A stretch of DNA of 63,832 bases, filler included, from Craspedostauros australis (taxonomy: Eukaryota), in assembly GCA_030167865.1 (NCBI GenBank). It is 13 parts of 13 records of this genome, joined end to end, with 100 filler letters (N's around TTAATTAATTAA, not from the genome) between each part and the next. Parts side by side here need not be neighbours in the genome. Positions count along the whole stretch, not along the records: positions 40,694 to 59,288 come from JALAGF010000935.1; positions 59,389 to 60,712 come from JALAGF010000936.1; positions 60,813 to 62,065 come from JALAGF010000939.1; positions 62,166 to 63,832 come from JALAGF010000940.1; 9 more parts are not named here. One strand, 5' to 3'. Below, in pieces: positions 51,843-63,832 of the stretch. Position numbers and translations under genes: made by a program. The stretch's first letter is position 1, and each line of letters starts with the position of its first letter. The notes under the pieces were generated by a model. The model worked only from the letters and a program-made list of their open reading frames with translations. It made no database searches and had not been told where the DNA came from.

Positions 51843-54800
51843 ATGTCGTCTTCCTTCGTCACTCCGAAGAAGAACTCTGCTGGCAGGGCCGGATCTGCCG
51901 CCAAATCCAGCAGAGCCAAGGCTGTGGATCTCGTACGTTTCGTCCAAACCCCAAGGGATGCTGCCCTGGCGCTCCTGTTTGGGGGATCTTTGCGGGACGT
52001 TTCATTTCACACAACATGATTGCGCTGGATGTGTCTTGTGCTTTGCTTGTGGCCAATGCAATCGGACGATGGCCATTTCACGGTGCTCCATATTTGTTAC
52101 ATACGTTCAATCCAACTGCATCTAACTGCATCCAGCTGCGTCCGACTCGCACACTACCGTTACTGCACCATCTGGCATGCAATCCATTTGGTGCACAAAC
52201 TACCCTGGACCCGATGCACTTGATTGGACTTGCCATCACTTTGGGTCGTCGCACAAACACAATACATATCTATTATACTACGATGCGCACGCACGCACGC
52301 CCAATACATACACCATGCAATTGCTCGCAATCACATTCAATGGCAATGATATTGGTCGTACCATAGGTGACTGGCAAAGCAATTGTGGAGTACTTCTTCG
52401 ATCCCAGACTTGTCATCCAGGAGACCAACAACTCGTCGACGTCGTTTAAAACTCCATCCAAAAGCAGCGGCGGCGGCAGCATTTCTTTCTCCTCCACGGA
52501 CCCAGTGTTGTTTTCGTCGAAGCACCTATTCATGCCATGCATCATCGTGAAGTCACTCGCATCGGAGGAAGGGGATGCTGTGCCAACACCGGTGGAGACC
52601 GCAAACCTCGCAGATGACACCAACCACAACGAACGCAACCTTGGGGGACCGGCCTTGGTGAAGACGGCCGACGGGACGCTGCACAAAATATCGGACTCGT
52701 CGCTTCTGACGCCGCTCATCTCGCCGGATGACTACGTCGGCATGTCAGATGTTCTCAACCTTGCCAATGTCACGGAACCATCATTGCTGCATGCCCTCCG
52801 GCTCCGGTACAAGCGCGATGCCATTTACACCAGCGCAGGGCCCATCATGATCTCTGTCAATCCCTACAAACCGGTCGTGTTGGCTGGCGGCAGGTCCATG
52901 TATTCCGACGAAGTCATGTTGGAATACCGCAACGCCGATGACTTCTCGGACTTGGAACCCCATCTCTTTCAGGTTGCCGACAGGGCCTATTCCGCCCTCC
53001 GCGACTCCGTGCGCAGGATCGCAAGCAACCTCGAGGAAGACAATTCGGAGGTCATGGGCGACGACGGCACGCATTTCCACGTCCCTGGCCGACCCCGCAA
53101 CCAGAGCATCATCATCAGCGGCGAGAGCGGTGCCGGAAAGACCGAGGCCACCAAGTACATCATGCAATACCTTGCACGTATCACAAAGAAGCGCACCGGT
53201 GCAGCAGGTTCAGAGCTGATGAGCCCAACTGGTAAGATGATCGCGGCCTTGGAGGATCGTGTGCTGTCATCCAATCCTCTGTTGGAAACATTCGGAAATG
53301 CCCAGACTCTGTACAATGACAACTCCTCCCGGTTTGGAAAGTTCATTCAGATCATGTTCAGCACATCCACCGGCGGCATCGTCGGTGCGACGGTGTCGAA
53401 CTACCTTCTAGAGAAGACGCGTATCACCACCCAAATTGACGGCGAAAGGAATTATCACATCTTCTACCAGCTGCTGGCATCCGGCAAAACGGAACAGCTT
53501 GAGAAGCTCGGTCTGAGTGGTGGCGCGGAGGCTTTCAAGTATCTCAGCAACAAGGCAAGTCCAAAAACGCAGAAGGACGCCGACGCCCTCGTGGACACGG
53601 TGAACTGCCTTGACCGACTCGGTTTGGACGACGAGCAGCAGGACGAAGTGTTTGAAGTCGTCGCCGCAGTCCTCCATCTGGGCAACATCGTCTTCGAGGA
53701 GGAGGTCAATGAGAATGGTGAACATATCGCAATCGTCTCCGAGGAATCCAAATCCAGCCTCAGAAAGGCCTGCGATCTACTCGAGATAGAAGAAGGTGAT
53801 TTGTCGGAGGCGATCCTCACCAAGCTCCTGACAATCGGTGGCAAGACCATCAAGAAGCAGCAAACAGTCGCGATGGCATCCGACAAGCGCGACGCATTCG
53901 CCAAAATGACATATAGCTGCCTCTTCATTTGGCTCGTCAAATCGATCAATGAAACCCTCAGCCAGGAAAAGTTCAAGGACGAAGGGTTCAACACAGCGCA
54001 GCCCACCGATGGCGAGAAACTCGGCTTCATCGGTGTTCTTGATATCTACGGCTTCGAATGCTTCGAGGCGAACGGATACGAACAGATGCTCATCAACTAC
54101 TGCAACGAGAAGCTCCAGAGACACTTCAACAGACACCTTTTCGAGGTGGAGCAGAATCTGTACGCTTCGGAGGGCGTGGACTGGACCTACATCTCCTTCA
54201 ACGACAACCGTCCCTGTCTTGAGCTCATCGAAGGCGGGAACGGGACTGTCGGCATCATCAACACCCTCGACGATGCGTGGGGCGGAATGGGCAGCTCCAG
54301 CGAGAAGGACCTCAAATTCGTCAGCCAGCTGCACAAGCTGTTCGGTGGCAACGCGGGCGTCGCCCCAAGCGCCAAGAAGAACGACAACGGAGCAAACAAG
54401 AGACATGATTACTTCGTCACGCCCAAGTTCGGCAACGACTTTCAGTTCATCATTGTCCACTATGCCGGGGAGGTACGTCGACTGTTGGTGTGCCTTTTGG
54501 CTCGTTTGAGTGCATTTACAATGTTTGCAGCGGACTACGCGCCACGATTCCTGCTGTATACCATACATTCATGCCTGCGTCTCACGATATGCATCTCAAA
54601 TCACATGCTGCCGTCGGACGACAATGCTCGTGTTCATGCTCCTGCTGTTGATCCTGCTCGTTTCGTGCGCCGCTTGGCTCTTGTCACATTCCTCCACGCG
54701 GTACTTAGGTCCGGTACACGGTGAACGGCTTCGTGGAGAAGAACATGGAAACCCTGAGCAACGAACTGCGAGATCTTGGAGACTCGTCGAAATCTGAGCT

Positions 54801-57800
54801 CACCAAACAGGTGTACGCATGCGGAGGTAGCGAAGGCGAAGTTCAGCAAGCCACAGGAGCCACGCGGCGGTCCACCATCCGTGGTGTCAGCGTGGCGTCT
54901 CAATTCAAATCTTCCCTCCAATCATTAGTGGATGATTTGGAGAACACGCAGCCGCATTATGTCCGTTGCATCAAGCCCAACCTGAAGAAGAGCGCAAACT
55001 CATTTGCTGCCGGTGAAGTGTTGCGACAGCTGCGGTATTCCGGCATGATGGAAGCGATTCGTATCCGGCGCGAAGGCTACGCCTTGCGAGAAGAGCACGA
55101 AAGCTTTTACAATCGCTTCAGCGTCCTGCTGAATCCCGAAGACTTGGGCCCCGAAGCAGGGATCGTGCAGCTCGTTGACGTGCTGTCGAAGCGCTTGTCC
55201 GTGACGGATGCGGATTGGCAGATTGGGCATTCGAAGATATTCCTGCGCCGTGATTTGTCCATCAAGTTGGAACGACTCGCGAGGCTGCGCGTCCATTCGG
55301 CTGCTCGAACCGTCGGCCGCTTTGGACGAAGAGTTGCACAGAAGTGCGCCTCTCGGATTTTGGTGCAGTGGGTCCGATTCCGTCTCCACATGATGAAGGT
55401 TTACCGAGCAGCCCGAGCTGCTACGAAGATTGCGGCTGCGTTCAGGATGAGCCGCCAAATCGCTGTGTTCAAGTCCACCATCAACGCAGCCACCAAGATG
55501 CAGTGCCTTGCACGAAGCGTAGCAGCCAAACAGGTTCTGAGGAAGTTGAAGGATCCGTACTGTGACATCGACTTCAAAGGACTCAAGAAGCTGTTAAAGA
55601 CGGAGTCAGCGACCCTGGAGGATGCAGTCAAGAACAAGAACTTCCAGGTTGCCGCCGAACAGGAACAAAAGATGTACGTACCCGTGTTAGTGTCGACCAA
55701 TTGATGCACTGTCCTCACCAATGCTGCGCCATGCGATCCAATACAATACGTTTGATATCACATCACAGTGATAATGTCATGGGGATGCGGCCAAGTGTCA
55801 CGCCATTCTTCGCGTGAATGGTCAGCATGTGTCAGCGCAAATGTTCGCTCTGTTTCGACTCTTCTCACATATCTGATTTCTCTCTTACCCTTCAATACGC
55901 AATGTTGCAATACATATTGCCTGCTGCATTCTGCTTCTTGTAGTGCGAATCTCAACGCCGTCATTGAGTCACGCCGACCAATGACAAGACCAGTGCTCGA
56001 AGCAAAGATCGCAGAAGTTCAAGAGAAACTGGACGATGCCATCAGCAAGAAGGCGTACGCGGAAGCGAGTCCATTGCAGGCAAGCCTGGAAGCGTTGATT
56101 GCAAAGCGTGCAGACCTGCCCACGATGGAAGAGCTGAAGCAGGCCGTGACGGATGCAGAAGATGCTGTGGCAAAGGCAGCGGACGAACGCAACTTTTCAG
56201 TTGCTGCTGAACTCCAGTCCAAGCTCGATGATGCGAAGAAGAGGTTGGCAGACGCGGAGTCCAACGAGAAAGATGACGACGAATCGATTTCCGATGACGA
56301 ATCGGCAGCAAAGCAACCGACTGAAATTGAAGGATTCAGCTCGCGGGCAGAACTTGAGGCTGCGATAGTGGGGCTGCAAGCATCAATCGACGAAGCCATC
56401 GCCACCAAGAACTTTCAGCAGGCCTCGTCATTGCAACAGACGCTCGATAGTCGCGAGAAGTTGCGAGAGTACTTCCCGTCGCTAGATGATATGAAGGACA
56501 AGCTGGAAGGGCTGAAGACGAAGATGGACGAAGCCATTGCTAAGAAGGATTTCTCGAAAGCCGGTGAACTGCAGGAAAAGATCGATGCATTGCAACAAAA
56601 GATCGAGGCAGAAGCAGAACTTGGAAAGTCTGCTGGAGTGGAACAGACCGCGACGGTAGCTTCTGTGAAGAATGCTGATGGCGAAGAGGTGGCCTACGAG
56701 AGCCGGAGTGAGCTGGAGGCAGATATCAGCAAGGCCCAGGCGGATCTCAGCACATCCATCGCAGCGAAGAAATTCTCGCAAGCAGAGGCGATTCAGGCTT
56801 ACATCGATAGGCTCGAAGCCGTCCGCACCGATCTCCCGACCATCCATGAGCTCAAAACGCTTCTCACTGACAAAAAACGATCGATGCAGAACGCCATCCA
56901 GGAGAAACGATTTCGAGACGCCGAAGACTTGGATGAAGAGATTGGACGCCTGGAAGGACGGTTGGCCACGGAAATGAAATCCGCGGGGCCGACAGCGCCT
57001 CCTGTTCTGCAGGCGAGTGCACCGAGAGCTGTTACCGCACCTCGAGTAGTCGCAACGCCCCCTGTCGTCAAAGTTCCTACAGTCGACAGAGCCAAGCCAA
57101 TGTCGGACCGGTCAGTGACTTCTGCTCCCGTGGTTCCGAGGACAGTCCCAGGCACGAAACCAAAAAACGCACGCTCTGCGATGACCGTGACTGGGACGAG
57201 ACCGACACTGTCGACTCCCATGCAAGCACCGCGGTCCATTGTCGATGTTTCGACCACAGGCAAGTCAGTGTCCAAGCTCCGTCCCTCCAAGCCATGCGTC
57301 GTGCACCTCAACGACAGCATCCGGAACGTATGCCAAGCAATGGCAGCAAAGCGATCGGCGGCAGCTGTCGTTTCCAATTCAAACACGGGAGCGAGTGCAA
57401 CAGGCATCATTAACGATCACGACATCGTTAAACGCGTTGTTGCGCAAGAGTTGGACAACGATGAAACTGCGATCAAGCTCGTCATGACCGCAAATCCTAG
57501 ATCTGTGCATGTTTCTGACGATGCGATGGAGGCGCTGACGATCATGGTGGAAAATGACATCAGGTACCTGCCGGTGCTGGACGATAGCAACGCGGTCACC
57601 GCCCTTCTCGATATTGGCCGTTGTCTCGATGAGGCGATCACGAAGTTGGAAAAGGAGAAAGGGGATGGCGACGCCTCGGCGTCTCCTTCCATGGAGCACG
57701 TGTCAAGGCAGCTCGCTGGATCAAATCTAGACGTGTCAAACGCCGAGAACCTCAAGATCTTGATGCAGGTGCTGCTGGCAGGTGGGATGGATTCTGACGC

Positions 57801-59288
57801 AGTGCCTTCGTTGCGGAAGTTGACATCAAATTCCAACCCGGTCATTGTGACGGCTGATACCACAATCCTCCAGGCAGCCAAGGCGATGGCCATGGGGCAC
57901 AAGGCAGCTCTGGTCGTCACAGATGGACAGCTTGTGGGCCTGGTGGCTTTCAAAGATATCATCACACGTGTCATTGCCAAGAATCGCCCAATCAGTTCCA
58001 CCCCTGTCAGCGACATCATGACCCCGCATCCAGAATATGCATCGCCAGACATTAACGTGATTGAGGCGATGCAGATGATGCACGATCATCATTTCCTCAC
58101 GCTGCCTGTGTGTGAGGATGATGGAAGCATTGTGGGCGTTGTTGATGTGATGGACCTTATCAAAGGCTGCGGTGGGGCGAATGGATGGAAGTCAATCTTC
58201 AGCTCAGCGATTGACATTGCCGATGACGTATCGGAGCTTAGCTCGGTCACTGGGATTCAACAGTCCAAACCTGTTGTGAGATCCAAGCCGTCAAACTTGG
58301 AGCCTCTCGGCGAGACAGTGAAGGAGACGATGGTGTCGAAGCTCCGACCCAAGAAGCCCATGATCTCATCGTCCCTCGACACCATCCTCGCTGTCACCCA
58401 GATGCTCGCCAACAAGCGTGGTGATGCATCGCTCATCGTCAACGAAGATGGGGCTCTGGCTGGTATCGTCACAGACACAGACATCACACGGCGGGTGGTT
58501 GCGAAGCATGTCGATGCTGCATCCACCAACATCTCTGTAGTCATGACACCCAACCCCACCTGTGTGGCCATGTCCGATTCGGCAATGGATGCGATGACCA
58601 CCATGGTCGAGAATCACTTCCGTCACTTGCCGGTTGTGGATGGCACAGGCGCAGTCGTGGGACTTCTGGACATTGCGAAGTGTCTGAACGATGCCATCAG
58701 CAAGCTCGAGAAGTCGAAGGGCAAGGGAGGCAACGCAGCGGAAGATGCTCTGAAGCAGGCCGTCAACGTCCAAGGTGCGAGCGGCTCACAAGCAGCCGCA
58801 CTGCAAGCTCTGCTGGGTCCGTTGATGGCTCAAGCCTTTGGCACCCAAACCTCTCCCACTCTCAGGAGTCTGCTGGCGGGCAAGCCCAGCACGGTAGTGC
58901 CACCATCCTCCAGCGTGATGGACGCGGCCACGTTGATGGCAGATCGTCGCAAGGCATCGCTGGTGGTCGACAACGGTCGGCTCGTTGGTATCTTTGGCTT
59001 CAAGGACATGATGACCCGCGTTGTTGCGAAGGGTCTGTCTGTCGATAGAACTGCGATCTCCAGTGTGATGACACCCAATCCCGAGTCCGTATCGCCAGAC
59101 ATCACGGTACTGGAAGCGTTGCAGACGATGCATGACAACCGTTTCCTCACACTGCCTGTGTGCGAAGATAATGGGACGGTTGTGGGCATCGTGGATGTGA
59201 TGGATGTGATCTACGGTTGTGGCGGAGCAGAGGGCTGGCGATCTGTGTTCAGCAGCTCGTTGGAGCTGGATGATCTGTCTGACACCGC
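51843..59288 (+). CDS. Myosin heavy chain with UVR-like repeats and CBS-pair tail (3' cut by gap); exons 51843-51932, 52367-54472, 54709-55673, 55944-59288
   Basis: GESGAGKT, NDNSSRFGK, DIYGFE, PHYVRCIKPN, IQ-like region, four CBS pairs; three frame-preserving GTACGT..AG introns. Confidence 0.95.
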
Positions 59289-59388
59289 NNNNNNNNNNNN
59301 NNNNNNNNNNNNNNNNNNNNNNNNNNNNNNNNTTAATTAATTAANNNNNNNNNNNNNNNNNNNNNNNNNNNNNNNNNNNNNNNNNNNN

Positions 59389-59468
59389 AGCAAACCAGTG
59401 ACAACAAGGGGCCAAAACTCCACAACTAGTGTTATCGTGAGTGCATCAACTGCGACCTGGAGGTAGTA
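59389..59468 (-). mobile_element. Second copy of the TACTACCTCC-ended element terminus
   Basis: Matches 588-667. Confidence 0.65.
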
Positions 59469-59597
59469 AGTCCGCATCAATTTCAAATCCGCACTTGGTT
59501 CCTCGCGCATCAAATCAATCAAACCAATCAGAATCGGAATCACCATCTGCGCCCATCACCACAGTCACAACTGCAACTGCGGCCACACGTGAAGCCA

Positions 59598-59680
59598 TCA
59601 CAAAGTCAAGAACCACAAAGTCAAGAACCACAAAGTCAAGAACCACAAAGTCCAGAACCACAAAGTCCAGAACCACAAAA
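59598..59680 (+). repeat. 15-bp tandem repeat AGAACCACAAAGTC(A/C), ~5 copies
   Basis: Seen directly, upstream of the importin-alpha ATG. Confidence 0.9.
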
Positions 59681-59765
59681 CAGAGAGAATCTCATCCCCC
59701 ACATTCTCACTCGCCCACAACCAGCAGCGGCAGCAGCAGCAACAACAACAACAACACTAGCCACC

Positions 59766-60436
59766 ATGATCTCAGCACGCGCAGGTATGTATGTGTGTCT
59801 TTGCGTTTGCTACTGTCTGTTGGAATGGCAACAAGCATCTGTGTGATGAACGCTCCTCATTTTGAACAACGCAACGATCGAACAATCAATCCAGGAAGAT
59901 GAACAACTGATAAGCAAGCCCTTCTCACACTTTCCATCCCTTTCGCATCAACGATCAAACAAACAAACAATCAAACCAACCAACCAACCAACTGATGACA
60001 ACGACGATGGCGCAGACCAACGCAAGGCTATCAAGGTAGCAAGAGCTAACCTGGCGGAAAGTCGCCGTCGACGGGAAACAAGAACCATGCTGCGCAAGCA
60101 GAAGAAGGAGGACAAGATGAGCAAGCGCCGCACACGCACCCCAGCCGCGTCCGCATCGCAACCCGCAACCATGGAATCGACCGGCGCAGTTGCGACGACA
60201 CCAACTGTCGCTGGCTTGCCACAGATCATGACATCTCTCCGCAATCCAGGCTGCACGGAACAAAACAGAATCCAGTGCGTCAAAAATATCTGTCGAATGC
60301 TATCGGTGGAGCACAACCCGCCAGTGCATCAGGTGGTGGAGTCTGGAGCCATGAAGCTCCTCGTGCAGTACATGAGCGACGACGAAGCACCGGCTGATCT
60401 CGTGTTCGAAACCGCGTGGGCGTTGGCGGACATCAC
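59766..60436 (+). CDS. Importin-alpha-like protein, 5' part; exons 59766-59784, 60016-60436
   Basis: IBB-like ESRRRRE..LRKQKKEDKMSKRR; ARM RMLSVEHNPPVHQVVESG..FETAWAL; GT-AG junctions. Confidence 0.8.
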
Positions 60437-61148
60437 GTAAGTAGGGATATTATTGACGACGGCGCAATGTGCGAGCATGATGGCTCGAAGCAGAATGGAC
60501 GTGCACCTCCATTCTCATTTCGCATGCTCGGATGCACGCGATGGATGTTCAATGAACGACGATCCGACCACGCGCTCATGATGGAGAGTGGATATTGATG
60601 TCTCTCTCCATTTGTCCTGACTCTTATGACATTTCGCAATCAATCTCACTTCATCTTCTCTTTTCCCGCGATGGCAACGATGATACTCGCAACCGCTGCA
60701 ACAATCACCACCNNNNNNNNNNNNNNNNNNNNNNNNNNNNNNNNNNNNNNNNNNNNTTAATTAATTAANNNNNNNNNNNNNNNNNNNNNNNNNNNNNNNN
60801 NNNNNNNNNNNNCATTCCATTCTGCGATTCGCGTTGGATGGACTTGAACTCATCGTTGAGCGCGTACACGGCCACGACTCCCACTGTGGTTGACAGCGAA
60901 GAGGAGGATGGTTTGTTGTGATGTTGTTGTTGTTGTTGTTGCGATGACGATATTGGTGTTGGACAGGAGGCAATCGTAATTTCAAGGGTGCAGGTATGAG
61001 AAAATTGATCTGAACAGTATCATCACGTTGATGAGCATCCCAAAACGTTGCATCTCCCGCTCCATTTCAAACTCCCCTCACTCGGAAGCTTCATGCTATC
61101 GCAATGCCCATCCATCCATCCATGCTTCAAATGCAATGCTGTACTTAC

Positions 61149-62037
61149 TGTTCGTTGGGACGCCGGCATACCAGACCTGGACCCACATCTTGCTGTACAG
61201 CTGATCGAATTCGTTGTCACGGGCGTTCCAGTACACGAAGCCAAAGACCATGCACATGACGAGGAAGATCAAGCAGCGTCCGAGGTAGAGGATTGGGTCG
61301 CGGGTGATGAGCGAGAAGTGGCGCTTGAACATGATGCTCAATTCGGATGAGAAACTGGTGCCCTTGGTCTTCTCGATGCCCACGGCTTCGTCAGCGTCAT
61401 CATCATCATCGTCGAGACGTTCGGTTCCATGCGTGGATCCGCCGTGAGACGACGCATTCTTGGACTTGTGCTGATCCCACAAGTTGAGGATGTTCTCCAC
61501 ATCTTCCTCGCCGGAGAAATCGGAGTTAACCAGGTCAAGGAAATGCTCGGCCGGGTTGGTGGCATCCGGAAGAGGGTATCCGATGCGGTCGAAGTACGGT
61601 GTGGCCTCATGGGCATCACCGGAAAAGGCCTGGCGACCACGGCTCATGATCATGACCTGATCGAATCCATTGTACACCTTGGTGGATGGCTGATGGATGG
61701 TGCACACGATGATGAGGTTCTCATCCTTGGCAACGCGAGAGATCTCTTGCATGATGTTGGATGCAGCGGCGGCATCCAATCCGCTGGTCGGTTCATCAAG
61801 GAAGAGGAGGGTTGGTTGCTTGAGGAGCGCGACGGCGATGCTCAGACGTCTCTTCTGTCCGCCACTGAGGCGCGCGCAACGCGTGTCGGCGCAGATGTTG
61901 AGACCCATCTTTTCGATGATGCGATCGACGATATCGGGGATCGTCTGCGGCGTGCCGACATCGTACAATCCGGCGGCGTAGATCAGGCTCTCGCGCGCCG
62001 TGAGGTACGGCCAGTGCTTGTCATGCTGCTTGACGAC
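61149..62037 (-). CDS. ABCG (White-family) transporter, internal exon
   Basis: LSGGQKRRLSIA, LFLDEPTSGLD, CTIHQPS, NPAEHFLDL, then the first TM after RDP; bounded by AG/GT. Confidence 0.93.
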
Positions 62038-62166
62038 TGCAGGCAATTTATTGATTCATTTATTGNNNNNNNNNNNNNNNNNNNNNNNNNNNNNNNNNNN
62101 NNNNNNNNNTTAATTAATTAANNNNNNNNNNNNNNNNNNNNNNNNNNNNNNNNNNNNNNNNNNNNG

Positions 62167-63832
62167 GCTTGCGTACTATTCAATGGGCAGACACCCACAT
62201 ACGTGGACGGACTGCGTTTGTTCGGCGAGGTTGGCATGGTGTTCATCGGCGGCCGAGTGATCAAGGCGAAGCTCGACGATCGGTCCAAGCCTGCTATGTT
62301 CGTCGGATACGGACAATCACATGCGAGCGGTGTATACCGAATGATGAACCTCGCAACGGCAAGGATCCTAATCACGCGAGACGTGACATGGATGAACCAG
62401 TCGTATGGGCAGTTCAAGGGTGTTGAGAATGCCAACAGATCGATGATACATGATCTGGAAGACGACGACTCTGACACTGGAGATGCTTTCCAGAGAAAGA
62501 GAGTGACTTGGGGGCGAAGCTCGAATATCGCGAGGAAGGCGAAGATCGGCATCGCAGAGAGGAGCGGAAGAGCTGGACACACAATGAGAGACACAGACGA
62601 CACCGCTCAAGAGCAAGATGACTTGCTACCTGCCCAAGGGGAAGAACCATCGAACAATGATAAGGGCGATGAAACCGGAAGGGACAATGACCGTGCGGGG
62701 CGGATCGATTCGGCTGTTGAGCGATCGACTGCACGCACTCCCGTGAGACCATTGGCGCGCGTACCGAGGATGGTGAGTGGCCTGGCAGGCTACAAAAACT
62801 CTCCGATTCCCCAAGAGGAGAGGGAACGAGAATCAGAATCAGATTCGGAATCGGAGGCAGGCGAAGCATCAGCATCAGGGGATGAGGATGGCTATGACAC
62901 TGCGCAGGAGACGATGATAGTCCCCGCGGCTACTGGAGGACCCAGCTTCCATACAGATGGGTCGATGTTCAACAGGAACGTCGCCAGCATGATGATCGAT
63001 ACTACCCAAGGGAGGATGAGACTTATCGACTTCATTGCTGCGAGTCAGGATGTTGAGAACGAACGGAATGGTGAGTGGTCCGAACAAGCCAACACGGCTG
63101 TGATGTTGGATCCAACGACGTTCGAGGAGTGCTGGGATCATGCTAATCCTGAGAAGAGAGAGAAGTGGCGTGGAGCTATCAACAAGGAATTCACCGACAT
63201 GGCCAGAAGAGGAGTATGGCAGAAGATCAAGAAGAGCGAGATGCCAGACGATCGACGATGCGTGAAGACCAAATGGGTGTTCAAGGAGAAGAGGAACGGC
63301 GTGTTCCGCGCCCGACTGGTTGCATGTGGGTATTCCCAGATTGCAGGAGTCGACTTCTCAGCACATCATGCACCGGTGATCCACGACGCCACCTACCGAG
63401 TGATGCTAACCATAAAGATGCTTCTTCGAATGGACTGCATCATCATCGACTTCGAGACAGCGTTCTTGCATGGGGATCTCGAAGAGGAGATCTACATGCA
63501 ATGCCCGAAAGGCATGAGGCATGAGGCCGATGAACGCTTGCTGCTCAAGAAGACGATCTATGGGCTCGTGCAGAGCGCCAGGCAGTGGAACAAGAAGCTG
63601 GTCGATATCCTGATCGAAATGGGATTCAGACAGAGCAAGGTGGATCCATGCCTCCTGATTCGGAATCAGGAAGGGAGAATGCTACTGATCGGAACCTACG
63701 TCGACAACTGCCTGTGCATCGGGGATGAACAGGAGCTGAAGAACCTCATGGGGGACATCAAGGCAAAGCGATTCGGTATCAAGGTGGAGGAAGATCTCGA
63801 AGACTATCTCAGTTGCAAGATCAACTTCAACC
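62167..63832 (+). mobile_element. Ty1/copia LTR retrotransposon pol (integrase C-terminus to RT), partial
   Basis: Open frame from 62167: KLDDRSKPAMFVGY, ITRDVTW, KWVFKEKRNGVFRARLVACGYSQ, DFETAFLHGDLEEEIYM, LKKTIYGLVQSARQW, YVDN. Confidence 0.95.

Larger units (their letters stand above)
9813..62165. other. Twelve artificial 100-bp contig spacers (N44-TTAATTAATTAA-N44)
   Basis: Start at 9813, 22553, 26305, 30153, 31504, 33813, 35105, 37075, 40594, 59289, 60713, 62066. Confidence 0.97.

Overview
Eukaryotic nuclear DNA, most likely a diatom (inference from GT-AG introns, RxL/GKGK secreted proteins, a CBS-tailed myosin, and Ambal-like LINE and copia elements). It is a fragmented assembly: 13 contigs are joined by twelve 100-bp N spacers that each carry the six-frame stop linker TTAATTAATTAA, so neighbourhood across spacers is unreliable. 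Recognisable genes are a truncated bacterial-type choice-of-anchor A secreted protein, HMG-CoA reductase, a cystathionine gamma-synthase C-terminal fragment, an LsrG-like ABM protein with a targeting presequence, TrmO, MLH1, a membrane RING-H2 E3 ligase, two haplotype-like copies of an ASPM-like gene, a HOP2-like gene with a long N-terminal extension, a large secreted mucin/Cys-repeat protein, a myosin with 7 UVR-like repeats plus CBS pairs, partial importin-alpha and ABCG genes, and a ~679-aa orphan rebuilt from two overlapping contigs. Mobile DNA includes a Tourist/Harbinger-type MITE with a TTA TSD, a foldback element, an 80-bp repeated element end that truncates the choice-of-anchor A gene, a decayed LINE and a copia pol. 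No complete new system can be proven from sequence alone. The best leads are the adhesin-like protein next to the UVR/CBS myosin, the algal LsrG-like protein, the HGT-type adhesin, the orphan gene and the hairpin-bearing satellite. All homology calls come from motif recognition; no searches were run.
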